33,619 nucleotides of DNA, from the IMG/VR virus record IMGVR_UViG_3300043103_000123, positions 1 to 33,619 of that record, one strand, 5' to 3'. Source of the stretch: a virus (Duplodnaviria > Caudoviricetes). The translations under genes were made by a program, and so were the position numbers. Positions 33,407-33,619 of this stretch are shown piece after piece (within the stretch, counting starts at the first letter, position 1; the number at the start of each line of letters is the position of its first letter). The notes beneath the pieces were generated by a model. It saw only the letters and a program-made list of their open reading frames with translations, had not been told where the DNA came from and ran no database searches.

Positions 33407-33619
33407 TTAATGCCACTCAGGACCAAAAGTATAAACTGTGCTTTTAGTCATACAATAGGTAAACGCTTGATCGGCTGGAATTTCTATTAAAGTTCCATCT
33501 TTAATATTTCTAGAAATAACAGCATCTAAGGCTTGTGTTGATCCTCTTCTATCATTCTTATAAGAAGATCTAAGCCTTAGATGCTTTTTAAGATATGTAT
33601 AAGGAATAACACCTTCTAC
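33407..33619 (-). CDS. 3' end (70 aa) of a gene running off the window; probable primase/helicase
   Basis: Hand translation VEGVIPYTYLKKHLRLRSSYKNDRRGSTQAL...GPEWH*; from memory it resembles KL1/PA73-type primase-helicase C-termini. Confidence 0.55.
   Translation of the reverse strand, partial: VEGVIPYTYLKKHLRLRSSYKNDRRGSTQALDAVISRNIKDGTLIEIPADQAFTYCMTKSTVYTFGPEWH

Overview
The window is most of an AT-rich, long-tailed (siphovirus-type) dsDNA phage genome. The + strand (498-8713) carries an early, probably host-takeover region (ArdC-like antirestriction protein, DUF2786-like protein, an Ala-repeat protein and several tiny coupled ORFs), then a winged-helix regulator, a beta-clamp-like protein and a family-B DNA polymerase resembling the KL1/PA73-type replication module. 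The - strand (32409 to 8703) carries one long late region: LigA-domain-Ia-like protein, VRR-NUC nuclease, terminase, portal, gp7-like protein, protease/scaffold, decoration protein, major capsid protein, neck proteins, two paralogous tail tube proteins, a tail chaperone with a -1 frameshift, tape measure, distal tail, two fibre-like genes, a lysis cassette, and the L/K/J-like tail tip genes. The right end holds a TATCC-repeat origin candidate, a degenerate HNH-like gene and the 3' end of a probable primase/helicase. I saw no integrase, tRNA, rRNA or CRISPR array. Sigma70-type promoters with SD-less A/C-rich leaders hint at a Gram-negative host with little SD use, such as Verrucomicrobiota or Planctomycetota (inference). 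The most unusual signals are: (1) a duplicated holin-like protein fused to an internal lipoprotein (possible holin/o-spanin polyprotein); (2) a fibre-like protein with a Sec signal peptide; (3) a vWA/MIDAS domain inserted in a DUF1833-like tail-tip protein; (4) dispersed 10-bp-periodic GC islands resembling strong gyrase sites; (5) a split parS-like palindrome. All family assignments come from motif recognition by eye, not database searches.
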